From NCBI GenBank assembly GCA_002441345.1, contig DJVU01000081.1, positions 11,886 to 75,885 on the forward strand: a stretch of 64,000 bases of DNA. Direction: 5' to 3'. Under the pieces are notes generated by a model that worked only from the letters and a program-made list of their open reading frames with translations, was not told the origin of the DNA and searched no databases. Shown here piece by piece: positions 38,115 to 48,497 of this stretch. The stretch is from Bacteroidales bacterium UBA6248 (GTDB lineage Bacteria; Bacteroidota; Bacteroidia; Bacteroidales; Lentimicrobiaceae). The first letter of the stretch is position 1, and the number at the start of each line of letters is the position of its first letter. Position numbers and translations under genes: made by a program.

Positions 38115-39962
38115 ATGAAAAATAAGAGAATTTCAGCGTTGAGTGTTTTACTTCTCTGGGTATTTTCAACCTATGCTCAGCAAATCGACTTCAGAGCTTC
38201 GGCAAGAGAGGTTGTGGCTGTTGGGGACCAGTTCAGGCTTATTTATTCTGTCAACGGCCAGGCTTCGGGTTTCAGGTCTCCGGCCATCAAAGACTTCAAC
38301 ATACTTGCCGGACCCAGTCAGTCGACCAGCTCCAGCATGCAGATTATCAACAACCAGGTTACACGTTCCGTTGATTATTCGTTCACCTACATACTGCAGG
38401 CTACTACAGAAGGAACCTTTACCATTCCACCCGCTTCTGTTAACGTTGACGGGAAAAGCTACCAGTCGAATTCTGTTACCATAAAAGTTGTAAAGGGGAA
38501 TGCGCCGGCCCAGCAAAGTCAGGGGCAGCAATCTCCCGCCCAACCGGGTGGTGAAATAACTCAGAAAGACCTCTTTGTAAGGGCTTCTGTCAGCAATGCA
38601 AATCCCTATCAGGGTGAGCAGATTATCGTTACCTACAAAATTTACACCCGCATTCCCGTTGCAGAATACAGCATCACGCGCACACCGTCCACCGCCGGCT
38701 TCTGGGCTCAGGACCTGATAAAAGATATGTCGAAACTCAACCAGTACCGGGAAACGGTGGAAGGGTCAGAATACGTGGTTGCCGAAATCAAAAAAGAAGC
38801 CTTGTTTGCGCAGAAAAGCGGAAAGCTGGAAATAGAACCCCTTGAGATGGATGTAGTCGCTCAGATTCAGCGCAAAGCTAGCCGCAGAGGGTTCAACGAC
38901 CCGTTTTTCGACAGCTTTTTCAACGACAGTTTTTTCGGGAGCACCTACCAGAACGTAAAAAAGACCATAAGCTCGAATAAGTTAAACATCAACGTTAAGC
39001 CTCTTCCACAAGCCTCCAGGCCAGCCGATTTCACCGGAGCCGTCGGCAACTTCAGCATAAGCGGGACTGTCGACCGCGAATCGCTCAAGGCGAATGAAGC
39101 AATGACATACAAATTCACCATCTCCGGCAAGGGAAACATCAAACTTGTTGAAAAGCCAGCCATAACCTTCCCCAGCGATTTTGAGGTTTACGACCCCAGA
39201 ATAACCGATAATATTTCAGTATCTGCAACGGGCGTCTCCGGTTCCCGGACATTCGAATACCTGATTATCCCGAGAAATCCTGGTGACTTTAAAATCAACG
39301 AGGCACGATTCTCTTATTTCGATTTGAGTACAGGAAGCTACAAGACCCTGAATACACCCGGTTATTCAGTCAAGGTTGGCCGTGGCGAGGGTCAGGACGG
39401 AACCCTGGTCACGGGATCCACAAATAAAGAAGATTTTAAATACATAGGATCCGACGTCCGGTTCATTAAAACCAGTCCGCTAAACTTCAGGCCGGCCGGT
39501 ACTTACCTGCTTGGCAATATGTTTTTGCCGCTTTGGATTGCCATTCCTCCGTTTCTTCTTGCTGCATTTCTGATATTGTGGCGAAATGAGCTCCGGAAGA
39601 GAAACGATTTGGCTTTGATGCGCAACCGAAAAGCCACACGCATCGCCCGCAAACGGCTGAAAGCTGCCGAGCATTTTCTGAAGCAGCAGAATCAGGATGC
39701 CTTCTGGACCGAGATCTCCAGTGCATTATGGGGATACATCAGCGACAAGTTCAACATTCCGCGGTCAGCCCTTTCGATGGAATCAGTTAACGAAGCGCTT
39801 CAGACAAAAAATGTAGCGGAAGACCTGATCGCGCAGTTTATGGATGCCCTGAATAATTGCGAATTTGCACGTTTTGCCCCTGGAGAGAAATCCCGTGCAA
39901 TGGATAATCTCTATCGGCAGGCAATGGATGTTATCAGCCGCACAGAGCAGGAATTAAAGTAA
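38115..39962 (+). CDS. batD: Aerotolerance protein BatD
   Basis: GPSQSTSSS.QIIN; EGTFTIP; FTGAVG.F; G.GNIKL; FEVYDP; EFARFAP. Confidence 0.92.
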   Translation: MKNKRISALSVLLLWVFSTYAQQIDFRASAREVVAVGDQFRLIYSVNGQASGFRSPAIKDFNILAGPSQSTSSSMQIINNQVTRSVDYSFTYILQATTEGTFTIPPASVNVDGKSYQSNSVTIKVVKGNAPAQQSQGQQSPAQPGGEITQKDLFVRASVSNANPYQGEQIIVTYKIYTRIPVAEYSITRTPSTAGFWAQDLIKDMSKLNQYRETVEGSEYVVAEIKKEALFAQKSGKLEIEPLEMDVVAQIQRKASRRGFNDPFFDSFFNDSFFGSTYQNVKKTISSNKLNINVKPLPQASRPADFTGAVGNFSISGTVDRESLKANEAMTYKFTISGKGNIKLVEKPAITFPSDFEVYDPRITDNISVSATGVSGSRTFEYLIIPRNPGDFKINEARFSYFDLSTGSYKTLNTPGYSVKVGRGEGQDGTLVTGSTNKEDFKYIGSDVRFIKTSPLNFRPAGTYLLGNMFLPLWIAIPPFLLAAFLILWRNELRKRNDLALMRNRKATRIARKRLKAAEHFLKQQNQDAFWTEISSALWGYISDKFNIPRSALSMESVNEALQTKNVAEDLIAQFMDALNNCEFARFAPGEKSRAMDNLYRQAMDVISRTEQELK

Positions 39963-39970
39963 ACAGCTTA

Positions 39971-40744
39971 ATGCAAAACATGAGAAACATGAAGATTAAA
40001 ATACTCAGCATTCTGTTTTTCACAGGATTAAGCCTGTTTCTTCAGGCCAGCCCTCACGAGGAATTTGAAAAAGCCAACAAGGCTTACATGGCAGGCTTCT
40101 ATGAAAATGCAGCCAGTCTGTACGAAAAAATACTTGAATCGGGCATGGATGCGCCCGACCTCTATTACAACCTGGGGAACGCCTATTTTAAAATGAACGA
40201 CATTCCTTCGGCCATTCTCAATTACGAACGGGCACTGAAATACGATCCGGGAAACGAAGATTACCAGTATAACCTGAGGGTTGCCAACAGCAAGATCGTC
40301 GATAAGATCGACGTTCTGCCGGAGTTGTTTTATATACGGTGGTGGAATAACTTAAAAATCAGTCTTTCACCCGACAGATGGGCACTTATGGCATTGATTT
40401 CCTTTGCTTTTATTTTTATAAGTATTGCTTTATTTTTCCTTGCACGAAGCATACACACCCGGAAAATTATCTTTACTGCCGGTATTATTCTGCTAATTAT
40501 CAATCTGATATCCGGTATCATTGCCTGGCAAACCTACCGGGAGGCAAAAAATCAAAAAACAGCCATCATATTCACCCCCACACTGCCTGTCAAGAGTTCT
40601 CCGGATGAGAGCAGCATCGATCTTTTTGTAATACATGAAGGACTCAAAGTCACCATTCTGGATCGTATCGGCGAGTGGCACGAAATCCGAATAGCCAACG
40701 GCAGTAAGGGCTGGGTGAAAGCTTCACACCTTAAGCCTGTCTGA
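39971..40744 (+). CDS. batE: Aerotolerance protein BatE (TPR, TM helices, SH3b)
   Basis: YYNLGNAYFK; AILNYERA; LFVIHEG; GWV. Confidence 0.92.
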   Translation: MQNMRNMKIKILSILFFTGLSLFLQASPHEEFEKANKAYMAGFYENAASLYEKILESGMDAPDLYYNLGNAYFKMNDIPSAILNYERALKYDPGNEDYQYNLRVANSKIVDKIDVLPELFYIRWWNNLKISLSPDRWALMALISFAFIFISIALFFLARSIHTRKIIFTAGIILLIINLISGIIAWQTYREAKNQKTAIIFTPTLPVKSSPDESSIDLFVIHEGLKVTILDRIGEWHEIRIANGSKGWVKASHLKPV

Positions 40745-40900
40745 CTTCATCTACAATAAATTCGTTCAGGCCTCAGCACAGCGCGGAACCGGATTCTGCA
40801 TTTATTAACCGTAGCGGGATTGCTCTTCGGACAATCGTGGAATTACAGCATATTGACAGAACGGAATTTATGCTTATATTTACTCGAAATCTGCGCAAAG

Positions 40901-41704
40901 ATGCATCGGCTGGCTGCTATTTTCAGTATACTTTTCCTCACGTACAGTGCTCATTGTCAGGAGCGCACTCCAATTCAGCCGATTGGTGGGAAAGCACAAT
41001 TAAGGCATTTCATCGATCAGGAGCTGATTTACCCGGAAGAATGCCTGCAGGCCGGTATCGAAGGAGTAGTAACCATTGCCTACTGTATTTCCGAAAAAGG
41101 ACAAGTTGAACACGTCAGATTTTCTGAAAAATCAGACCCCAGGTTTAACCAGGAGGCGATGCGTATTTTCCGGATGACAGAATGGGAACCAGCACGTGTA
41201 GCCGGTGTTCCCGTAAGAGATTCCGGATTTCTCGACATCGACTTCAACATACGCAGGTACAACAGGCTGAGCAAGCAACGCGGCTATACATCCCACTACT
41301 ATCCGTTTGAACCTATTGACACTTCCGGGGTTATTCACGACTATAAGAATCTGGAGACGGCACCTTTCCCGGTTTTCCGGAACGACAAGATCAATCTGGC
41401 CGCTTTTATTGCGGGGAACCTGGTCTATCCGGAAGCGGCAATACGGCAAAGTCTGAGCGGAACCGTAAAGGTGGGTTTTATTGTTGAGCCGCATGGCCGG
41501 CCTTCTAACATCACCATTCTGAATTCACTGGGTGCCGGCTGCAACGAAGAGGCCATCCGTCTGGTAAGAATGATAAAATGGATGCCGGGGACCATCGGCC
41601 ATAAGGCAGTGCGAACACGCATGAGTATTTCCATTAATTTTATGCTCGACCAGAGTCCCGACGGCATATACAGACCCAATATTAAATCGAGTTACGGAGG
41701 ATAA
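40901..41704 (+). CDS. Protein with two TonB C-terminal domains
   Basis: Two YP..A...G.EG/SG.V motifs, each followed by EA.R and W.P. Confidence 0.85.
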   Translation: MHRLAAIFSILFLTYSAHCQERTPIQPIGGKAQLRHFIDQELIYPEECLQAGIEGVVTIAYCISEKGQVEHVRFSEKSDPRFNQEAMRIFRMTEWEPARVAGVPVRDSGFLDIDFNIRRYNRLSKQRGYTSHYYPFEPIDTSGVIHDYKNLETAPFPVFRNDKINLAAFIAGNLVYPEAAIRQSLSGTVKVGFIVEPHGRPSNITILNSLGAGCNEEAIRLVRMIKWMPGTIGHKAVRTRMSISINFMLDQSPDGIYRPNIKSSYGG

Positions 41705-41732
41705 TCAATTAATAACCATCAAGAACCAAACT

Positions 41733-42647
41733 ATGCGTAAATCCCTGTTTTCAGTAATGGCTGCACTTCTGCTGATACCTGCAGCCTATACCCAAAATGT
41801 TGACACAACCCGTTTATGGACTACCGGAGGAAAAGCCTCGCTTTCGTTTACCCAGGTAACGCTTACAAACTGGGCTGCCGGAGGAGAAAACAGCATGGGA
41901 GGCAACTCCTTCCTCAACCTTTATGCGAAAATGCTTAAAGGCAAATCGACCTGGGACAATATGCTGGACATGTCTTACGGGCTACTCAAGCTGGGCGACC
42001 AGAAAATCCGCAAAAGCGACGACAAAATCGACTTCGTGTCGAAGTACGGCCATAACGTCATCCACCGTAACCTCTTCCTGAGCGCAAACCTCAGCTTTAA
42101 GTCACAGTTTACCGACGGCTACAAGTACCCCAACGACTCTGTTATCATCTCAACATTTATGGCTCCCGGATATCTGATGCTCGGTTTTGGTATGGATTAC
42201 AAACCCTACCCTTTTCTTTCTATCTCGTTCCTGCCTCTGACAGGCCGCTTAACCTTTGTAAGAGATCAGCAACTGGCCGATGAAGGTGCTTACGGTGTGG
42301 ATCCCGGGAAAAAAGTACGGGAAGAATTCGGAGCTGCATTCAAAGCAGTAATGGAAAAAGACCTGATTGAAAACATTAGCCTTAAAACCAAACTCGAACT
42401 GTTCACCAACTACCTGAATCAGCCCGAAAACATCGACATCAACTGGGAAGCCCTGCTGATGATGAAGGTAAATAAGTACATCTCAACGTTCCTTGGGTTC
42501 CAGACCGTTTATGATCACGACATTATGATTGCCGACAAAGACAATCCCGACATCAGGGGTCCGCGAACCCAGTTCAAGCAAACTTTCGGTGTTGGCCTCA
42601 CGTATGATGTTAAAGCAACCAATGCAAAAGTAAAACCTGTTCCCTAA
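41733..42647 (+). CDS. DUF3078-family outer-membrane protein
   Basis: TNWAAGGENS; WDN; RKSDD; FKSQF..GY; FMAPGY; IDINW. Confidence 0.87.
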   Translation: MRKSLFSVMAALLLIPAAYTQNVDTTRLWTTGGKASLSFTQVTLTNWAAGGENSMGGNSFLNLYAKMLKGKSTWDNMLDMSYGLLKLGDQKIRKSDDKIDFVSKYGHNVIHRNLFLSANLSFKSQFTDGYKYPNDSVIISTFMAPGYLMLGFGMDYKPYPFLSISFLPLTGRLTFVRDQQLADEGAYGVDPGKKVREEFGAAFKAVMEKDLIENISLKTKLELFTNYLNQPENIDINWEALLMMKVNKYISTFLGFQTVYDHDIMIADKDNPDIRGPRTQFKQTFGVGLTYDVKATNAKVKPVP

Positions 42648-42674
42648 TCAATTATTAACTTAAAACACAACCTT

Positions 42675-43091
42675 ATGAAACTGTTAGACGAATTCAAAAC
42701 CTTCGCAATGAAGGGGAATGTAATGGACATGGCCATCGGTATTATCATTGGTGGTGCATTCGGTAAGATCGTATCCTCCTTTGTGTCCGATGTACTTATG
42801 CCACCTCTTGGGCTGCTGCTCGGTGGTATCGACTTCAAGGACATGACTTATACCATGAAGGATGCAATTATGGAAGGTGCCGAAGTAGTTACGCCTGCCG
42901 TCACACTTAATTACGGCCTTTTCATTCAGAATATCGTTGATTTCCTGATCATAGCCTTTGCTATTTTCATGATGATAAAGGCAATAAATTCAATGAAAAA
43001 GAAAGAGGAAGAAGCTCCGGCACCTGAACCTCCCGCTCCCACCAAAGATCAGGAATTGCTTTCTGAAATCCGCGATCTCCTGAAAAAATAA
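42675..43091 (+). CDS. mscL: Large-conductance mechanosensitive channel
   Basis: [30 protein letters not shown]; YGLFIQ; [10 protein letters not shown]. Confidence 0.98.
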   Translation: MKLLDEFKTFAMKGNVMDMAIGIIIGGAFGKIVSSFVSDVLMPPLGLLLGGIDFKDMTYTMKDAIMEGAEVVTPAVTLNYGLFIQNIVDFLIIAFAIFMMIKAINSMKKKEEEAPAPEPPAPTKDQELLSEIRDLLKK

Positions 43092-43113
43092 GAAACTTCT
43101 TTATACCGATTTC

Positions 43114-43143
43114 AAAGCCCGCCCTGAACGCGGGCTTTTTTTT
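43114..43143 (+). terminator. Intrinsic terminator after mscL
   Basis: AAAGCCCGC-CCTGAAC-GCGGGCTTT plus T run. Confidence 0.85.
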
Positions 43144-43324
43144 ACTCATAATAGAGCAGGAGGTCTTACTGATACAGGAAAATTCCGGTCCTGAGTAAAC
43201 AGCTTACCGGATTAAAACACAACAAAAGGCGCGGCAATTCACAAAAATTAACACCACATACCTTAACGGAAGGGTAATAAATTAACTAAAAGTGACTATT
43301 TTTACACCAGCAAATCAAGGAGTC

Positions 43325-43948
43325 ATGAATTTTTACCGGATTGTGTTATTTATTGCATTGATTCTTCCCTTTGGTTCTGCCGGGCAGGATACCGGAGCTG
43401 TCAATACTGTTACGGGCGATGCAAATAACCCTAAGATTACAGATACACTCTTTCTTCCTTCGCCGTTTTTCAGTCTTCAGGCCGGAGCATTTTTCCATAC
43501 CATGCCAGGTGCTCATCTTTATGGTACTTCCATTACACCCATGTTCAGCCAGCCCGTTGGCAAGAGACTGACGGTCAGTGCAGGAGCCGTTATCGGAAAC
43601 ACTACGTATTCCGCAGCATCCAACACCGGAGTTGAAAATACAGAAAGTTCTTCAAGAGGTAACTTTACTTCGCTCACCCTTTTCACCGCAGGATCTTACC
43701 AGCTGAATGAGCGCTTAACCATCAGCGGAAGCGCATACAAAACTATAGACCCCGGATTCATGCAGCGCCTTGATCCGGAAAACCTTATGATGGAAGCACA
43801 AGGGGTCAGCCTTGGAGTCGGGTACAAGATTTCCGACAATGTACATATAGGTGCAGGCATTCGCATGGACGACGGTCGCAGCAACTATCGCCTGCCTCAC
43901 CGGCAGTACGGCTTTCCCGGTTTCTCTCCTATGCCCGGATTCTGGTAA
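43325..43948 (+). CDS. Hypothetical exported protein, possible small beta-barrel
   Basis: Signal-like N-terminus; strands GSYQLNERLTISG and GVGYKISDNVHIGAG. Confidence 0.65.
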   Translation: MNFYRIVLFIALILPFGSAGQDTGAVNTVTGDANNPKITDTLFLPSPFFSLQAGAFFHTMPGAHLYGTSITPMFSQPVGKRLTVSAGAVIGNTTYSAASNTGVENTESSSRGNFTSLTLFTAGSYQLNERLTISGSAYKTIDPGFMQRLDPENLMMEAQGVSLGVGYKISDNVHIGAGIRMDDGRSNYRLPHRQYGFPGFSPMPGFW

Positions 43949-43959
43949 AAACAAACCTT

Positions 43960-44724
43960 ATGTTAACAATCATCTCTCCCAGCAAGACCCTCGATTTCGA
44001 AAAGCCATACGCAATTCCTGCCGGGTCGGACCCGGAAATGATAGCACAGTCGAAAAAACTGGTTGCCACGCTGCGCAAAAAATCCCCTGCTGCTCTGGCG
44101 GGACTGATGGATATAAGTCAGAACCTTGCCGAACTGAATGCCCTTCGATACAGTGAGTGGAAATACCCGTTTCCGGATGGTAAGGCGCGTCCGGCTTTCG
44201 CAGCGTTTAAAGGCGATGTTTACGAAGGACTGAAGGCATGGGAACTCGGTGAAGAACAGCTCGTATTCTCGGAGGGACATCTCAGGATCTTATCGGGGCT
44301 TTACGGGATTCTTAAGCCGCTCGACCGCATAATGGCCTACAGGCTCGAGATGGGAACTTTGCTGCCGGTTGGCGAAACAGGCAACCTGTATCAGTTCTGG
44401 GGCGACCGCATAACCAGATCGGTAAAAAAAGCGCTCAAAGAATCGGAAAGCAATGTGCTGGTGAACCTTGCTTCTGCAGAATATGCCAAAGCTGTCGATT
44501 TCAAAGCACTGAAGACAAGAGTAATTACTCCGGTTTTCAAGGAGTTTAAGGATGGCAGTTACCGGTTCATAAGCTTCTATGCCAAACGCGCCCGCGGACT
44601 CATGACGCGCTACATCATCGACCATTCGCTGAACGATCCCGAATCGCTGAAGGTCTTCAACTACGAAAACTACGAGTACATGGACGAGTTATCGAAGGGT
44701 GACCAATGGGTGTTTGTGCGGTAA
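43960..44724 (+). CDS. yaaA: Peroxide stress protein YaaA (UPF0246)
   Basis: IISPSK.LD; FKGDVY; ILSGLYG.LKPLD; YRLEMG; NLAS.EY; AKRARG. Confidence 0.95.
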   Translation: MLTIISPSKTLDFEKPYAIPAGSDPEMIAQSKKLVATLRKKSPAALAGLMDISQNLAELNALRYSEWKYPFPDGKARPAFAAFKGDVYEGLKAWELGEEQLVFSEGHLRILSGLYGILKPLDRIMAYRLEMGTLLPVGETGNLYQFWGDRITRSVKKALKESESNVLVNLASAEYAKAVDFKALKTRVITPVFKEFKDGSYRFISFYAKRARGLMTRYIIDHSLNDPESLKVFNYENYEYMDELSKGDQWVFVR

Positions 44725-45223
44725 TTCGGCACAAGACATCAGATAACAGCAGTGCTTTTCCGTAAAAAACCGAAGATCAGACTCCTGACAGGCATAAGCA
44801 TATGACTGATTGAATAAATCAGTATAGTCAGAGCATCACAGATGAATCCGACAAAGGTTCGCAGGTCGAAAAAGACCGGAAGTTTATTCTCTGAGTAATT
44901 TAAAATATAAGCTGCAGATTTCAATAGAACCGCTTTTGCTGGCCGGTACGGGTCCCGGACAAACTTTGGCATACTAAATCTTTTATTTTACAGATCGCGC
45001 AAAAATTCCACCCGCAGTCTGACCGGAATATGAATTTCTGACTAGTTGATTTTTAACTCATAATTTATCCGGAAAACGATCGGATTAAACTTTTATCCAT
45101 TCTGACCGGTTTATTTTTCGGCTTCAGAAAGTTATTGTCAGTATCCGGGAATTACACGTACAAACAATTCCCGGAAAATACCATCATCGCTTTAACCGGG
45201 TTTGATATCGGTAAACCAAATAA

Positions 45224-46039
45224 ATGAAAACAATGAATCACGACACTATACAAGTATCAAGAATAGTAAACAAAACAACGTTAAAACAAAGGGAAAACTG
45301 TTATGCCTTTTGCTGGGTTCAGGGGGAGGCATATTCCATTGAAATTAATAAAAAGCGACACCATAATATCGCAAACTCCGTCTTTTTCCTGCAACCAGAC
45401 CTCGAGTGGAAAATAGTCAAAAAGGATTCATGTGCATCGTCGGGATACGTGCTCTATATACCTAAACCGATGATGGAGAATCCAACTTTTAAGAATTTAC
45501 ACATAACAGAAATATGTTTGTTCAGCAAAGACGAGATTCCTAAAATAAATCTTGCTCCGGGGATTGAAAAGAGAATTCTGGCAATAATTGAGATGTTGGA
45601 TGAGCTGGTGAGCACCAATCTGAAAAACAAGGAAGAAGCCATCCTGTCCCTTTTGAAAGCACTTTTTGTATACTGCGATGGGAAGTGCAACATAAAATCT
45701 GTGATCACTGAAAAAAACAATTTAAAGTCGGCCCTGGTAATAAAATTTAAAAAATGCATTGATCAGCAAATAACCCGGTACCATGAAGTGGGCCAGTATG
45801 CTCAAATGCTCAATGTTTCAGACAAATATCTGAATGATTGCGTAAAGAAAACTCTTGGGGTTAATGCCAAATACCTGATTGACGAGCAACTTATAATGCG
45901 GTCGCGGCACAATTTAAAATTTAGCAGTAAATCTATAAAAGAAATCAGTTTCGACCTGGGTTTTTCATCGCCCGATTATTTCAGTTTCTTTTTCAAAAAA
46001 CAAACAGGAATTTCGCCTTCTCAACTTCGAAAAAACTAA
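45224..46039 (+). CDS. AraC-family transcriptional regulator
   Basis: C-terminal double HTH YAQMLNVSDKYLN...SIKEISFDLGFSSPDYFSFFFKKQTGISP; visibly AT-rich. Confidence 0.93.
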   Translation: MKTMNHDTIQVSRIVNKTTLKQRENCYAFCWVQGEAYSIEINKKRHHNIANSVFFLQPDLEWKIVKKDSCASSGYVLYIPKPMMENPTFKNLHITEICLFSKDEIPKINLAPGIEKRILAIIEMLDELVSTNLKNKEEAILSLLKALFVYCDGKCNIKSVITEKNNLKSALVIKFKKCIDQQITRYHEVGQYAQMLNVSDKYLNDCVKKTLGVNAKYLIDEQLIMRSRHNLKFSSKSIKEISFDLGFSSPDYFSFFFKKQTGISPSQLRKN

Positions 46040-46138
46040 TAGTTCCGATATTCTAAGGAAATGCAGTGATTTTCACATTTTCGTTCGATATGTGCAGGCC
46101 TATTTTTGTCAGAGTACAATTTGACAAATAACTGACAC

Positions 46139-47116
46139 ATGAAAAAACCAGTCAAGAATCTTTTAAAAACAGTTGCAGCAGTTATACTGATAATTGGCGC
46201 TGCACTTGCATATGTTTCGCTTGCTCTTCCTAATGCAGGAAAAGCACCCGACCTTGAAGTAAAAATTACTCCTGAAAAAGTAGAACGTGGCAAATATCTG
46301 GCGTATCACGTGATGATGTGTGCTGATTGTCACTCGGAGCGTGATTTCTCCCTGTTTTCAGGTCCGCCCCACCCGGGAACAGAGTTTTCCGGGGGGGATG
46401 TGTTCGACCATGCAATGGGTTTTCCGGGCAAATTTACCTCCTCAAACATCACCCCGGCAGGAATCGGCGACTGGTCTGACGGTGAGCTTTTTCATTTGAT
46501 TACTACAGGTGTAAAGCGGGATGGAAATCCGATTTTCCCTGTTATGCCATACCACAAATTCGGACGAATGGACCGGGAAGACATTGAAGCGGTCATTGCA
46601 TTTCTACGCACTCTTGACCCTGTTGAAACCAGTCATCCTGAATCAAAAGCCGATTTCCCGGTAAATATTCTTATGCGTACGATGCCAAAAAAGGCTGAAT
46701 TTTCAACCAGGCCACCCGAATCCGACAAAATAGCGTACGGCAAATATATGGTAAACGCAGCCGCCTGTTTCGACTGTCACACCAACTTCTCCAAAGGAAA
46801 ATTTACAGGTCCTGAAGGCGGAGGAGGCAGAGAATTTCAATTTCCTGACGGAAGCATTGTCAGGTCGCCAAACCTGACTCCGCACCAAACCGGGATTAAA
46901 CACTATACGGAAGAGAGTTTTGTCGAACGGTTCAGGATGTATGCCGATTCCGGTTTCAAATTACCAGAAATAAGGCCCGGAGAGTTTCAAACGCTTATGC
47001 CATGGTATATGTACAGCGGCATGACCGAAACAGACCTTAGGGCAATATACGCTTACCTTCAAACCCTTGAACCATATGATAATATGGTGGAGCCTTATAC
47101 TCCCGCCATAAATTAA
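46139..47116 (+). CDS. Membrane-anchored diheme cytochrome c
   Basis: N-terminal TM; CADCH and CFDCH; RGKYL, NITP, MPY/MPW distal Met motifs; TATTTTTG promoter at 46101. Confidence 0.9.
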   Translation: MKKPVKNLLKTVAAVILIIGAALAYVSLALPNAGKAPDLEVKITPEKVERGKYLAYHVMMCADCHSERDFSLFSGPPHPGTEFSGGDVFDHAMGFPGKFTSSNITPAGIGDWSDGELFHLITTGVKRDGNPIFPVMPYHKFGRMDREDIEAVIAFLRTLDPVETSHPESKADFPVNILMRTMPKKAEFSTRPPESDKIAYGKYMVNAAACFDCHTNFSKGKFTGPEGGGGREFQFPDGSIVRSPNLTPHQTGIKHYTEESFVERFRMYADSGFKLPEIRPGEFQTLMPWYMYSGMTETDLRAIYAYLQTLEPYDNMVEPYTPAIN

Positions 47117-47160
47117 GCACCCACTGTTCAACGATTAACCAATTTAAAACACAGAATGCC

Positions 47161-47673
47161 ATGAAAAAAACAAACTTTCGTAAAGCAAGCTTTTCCTTTT
47201 TCCTGATACCGGCCCTGGTTTTATTCTCCTGCAGCAAGGACAATGATTCCCAAACCGATAAAACAGCAGAAATGATTAAGGAAGTCAGGGAAACCACTAA
47301 CACCTACAAATCGCACGCTGCGGCACTTGATGCAGGCTGGGACACCGACCTTTCGGGTTGTGTGGCGCACCCGACTGAAGGAGGAATGGGGCATCATTTT
47401 GGCCGCCTCGAATTCCTTGACGGGCGAATAAACCACCTTGAGCCCCAGGTTCTTCTTTATGGTGCCGATGATAACGGCAATATGGAATTTTACGGAGTGG
47501 AATACATTGTACCTTTTGCCATTCATCCTGCGGATGCTGAACCTCCTGTGCTCTTCGGCCACGAATTCCACCCCAATCATGAACAGCAAATCTGGGCATT
47601 ACACGTTTGGACCGAAAAAGAAAATCCCAAAGGGATGTTTAACGACTGGAATCCTCACGTGAAGTGTGAATAA
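47161..47673 (+). CDS. His/Met-rich hypothetical lipoprotein
   Basis: Lipobox LFSC; GGMGHH; PQVLLY; GVEY; LHVW; NP.G.F..WNP.V.C. Confidence 0.75.
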   Translation: MKKTNFRKASFSFFLIPALVLFSCSKDNDSQTDKTAEMIKEVRETTNTYKSHAAALDAGWDTDLSGCVAHPTEGGMGHHFGRLEFLDGRINHLEPQVLLYGADDNGNMEFYGVEYIVPFAIHPADAEPPVLFGHEFHPNHEQQIWALHVWTEKENPKGMFNDWNPHVKCE

Positions 47674-47755
47674 CCTCTGTTCCGGAATTGCAATTCTCTA
47701 CTGTTAATGTAAAACTAACGGAAATCAGATAACAAATCCATTCAACATAACAAAA

Positions 47756-47793
47756 GAAATCGCAGGAGTAACAATTGTTGCAACTGCGGTTTC
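47756..47793 (+). terminator. Hairpin ending the cytochrome c-lipoprotein unit
   Basis: GAAATCGCAG...CTGCGGTTTC inverted repeat; weak T tail. Confidence 0.5.
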
Positions 47794-48072
47794 GTATTAC
47801 AAAACTTACATTATCCGGACAAATTCATACGAGGTTGTTAAAAACACACGTATACTATGGATCCGACTGATCTTAATTCAGCATTTTGCATTCCCGTTAC
47901 ATCCATCCGACGCAGCACAAATCCGGCGCAATATTAATCTGATTTTCAACAGATTATTGCATTGCCCCACCTTTAATTTTTTGCGATTAACCCGGCAATG
48001 CTGACTTGCCGGATATTAAAATAAAAAATGTCCCCGGCCGACCAGCAGTATCGCCAAGCCGCTAACCTTAAT

Positions 48073-48107
48073 AAAAAAATGCCTGTAAACCATTGATTTA
48101 CAGGCAT
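48073..48107 (-). terminator. Terminator downstream of tRNA-Ser
   Basis: ATGCCTGTAAA-N7-TTTACAGGCAT perfect 11-bp stem followed by a T run on the minus strand. Confidence 0.85.
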
Positions 48108-48113
48108 AGGTTG

Positions 48114-48200
48114 CGGAGAGAAAGGGATTCGAACCCTTGGTACCCGTAAGGGTACAACGGTTTTCGAGACCGCCCCATTCGACCGCTCTGGCATCTCTCC
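48114..48200 (-). tRNA. tRNA-Ser(CGA)
   Basis: Reverse complement GGAGAGATGCCAGAGCGGTCGAATGGGGCGGTCT-CGA-AAACCG, long variable arm, GGGTTCGAATCCC T-arm, TCTCTCCG; CCA not encoded; TACTTTTG promoter at 48221-48228. Confidence 0.97.
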
Positions 48201-48497
48201 GTGAACGGTGAATCGAGGTGCAAAAGTAAGAACTTTTATGATTCCGTAAAACAGGAATACGAATTATTGTCCGCTCCGGGACTACGACAAAAAATATCGC
48301 CCATCAGGGTGATTTGTGCAGCGCAACCGAATATATGGTATAAATTTTGATATTAGCAGCCACGTCCTGATCCGGCACGTCGCCATATTTTCACGTCCTG
48401 CGCCTGAGCGATAAATTTATTGCGTCACGGTGCAACGAAACAGGAAGGAATGTCACTAATTTAAGTCAGCATTAACCACTCACTACAAAACCAGTTT

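Noticed and set aside
44739-44972. 77-aa minus-strand ORF and 75-aa ORF 49503-49730 in intergenic gaps
   Set aside because: No motifs, weak start context, and overlap with hairpin-forming sequence
44724-48114. Intact integrative element at tRNA-Ser
   Set aside because: No integrase or transposase, and I found no duplicated tRNA 3' end on the yaaA side
47973-48194. 73-aa ORF on the minus strand
   Set aside because: It is a spurious translation of tRNA-Ser and its terminator
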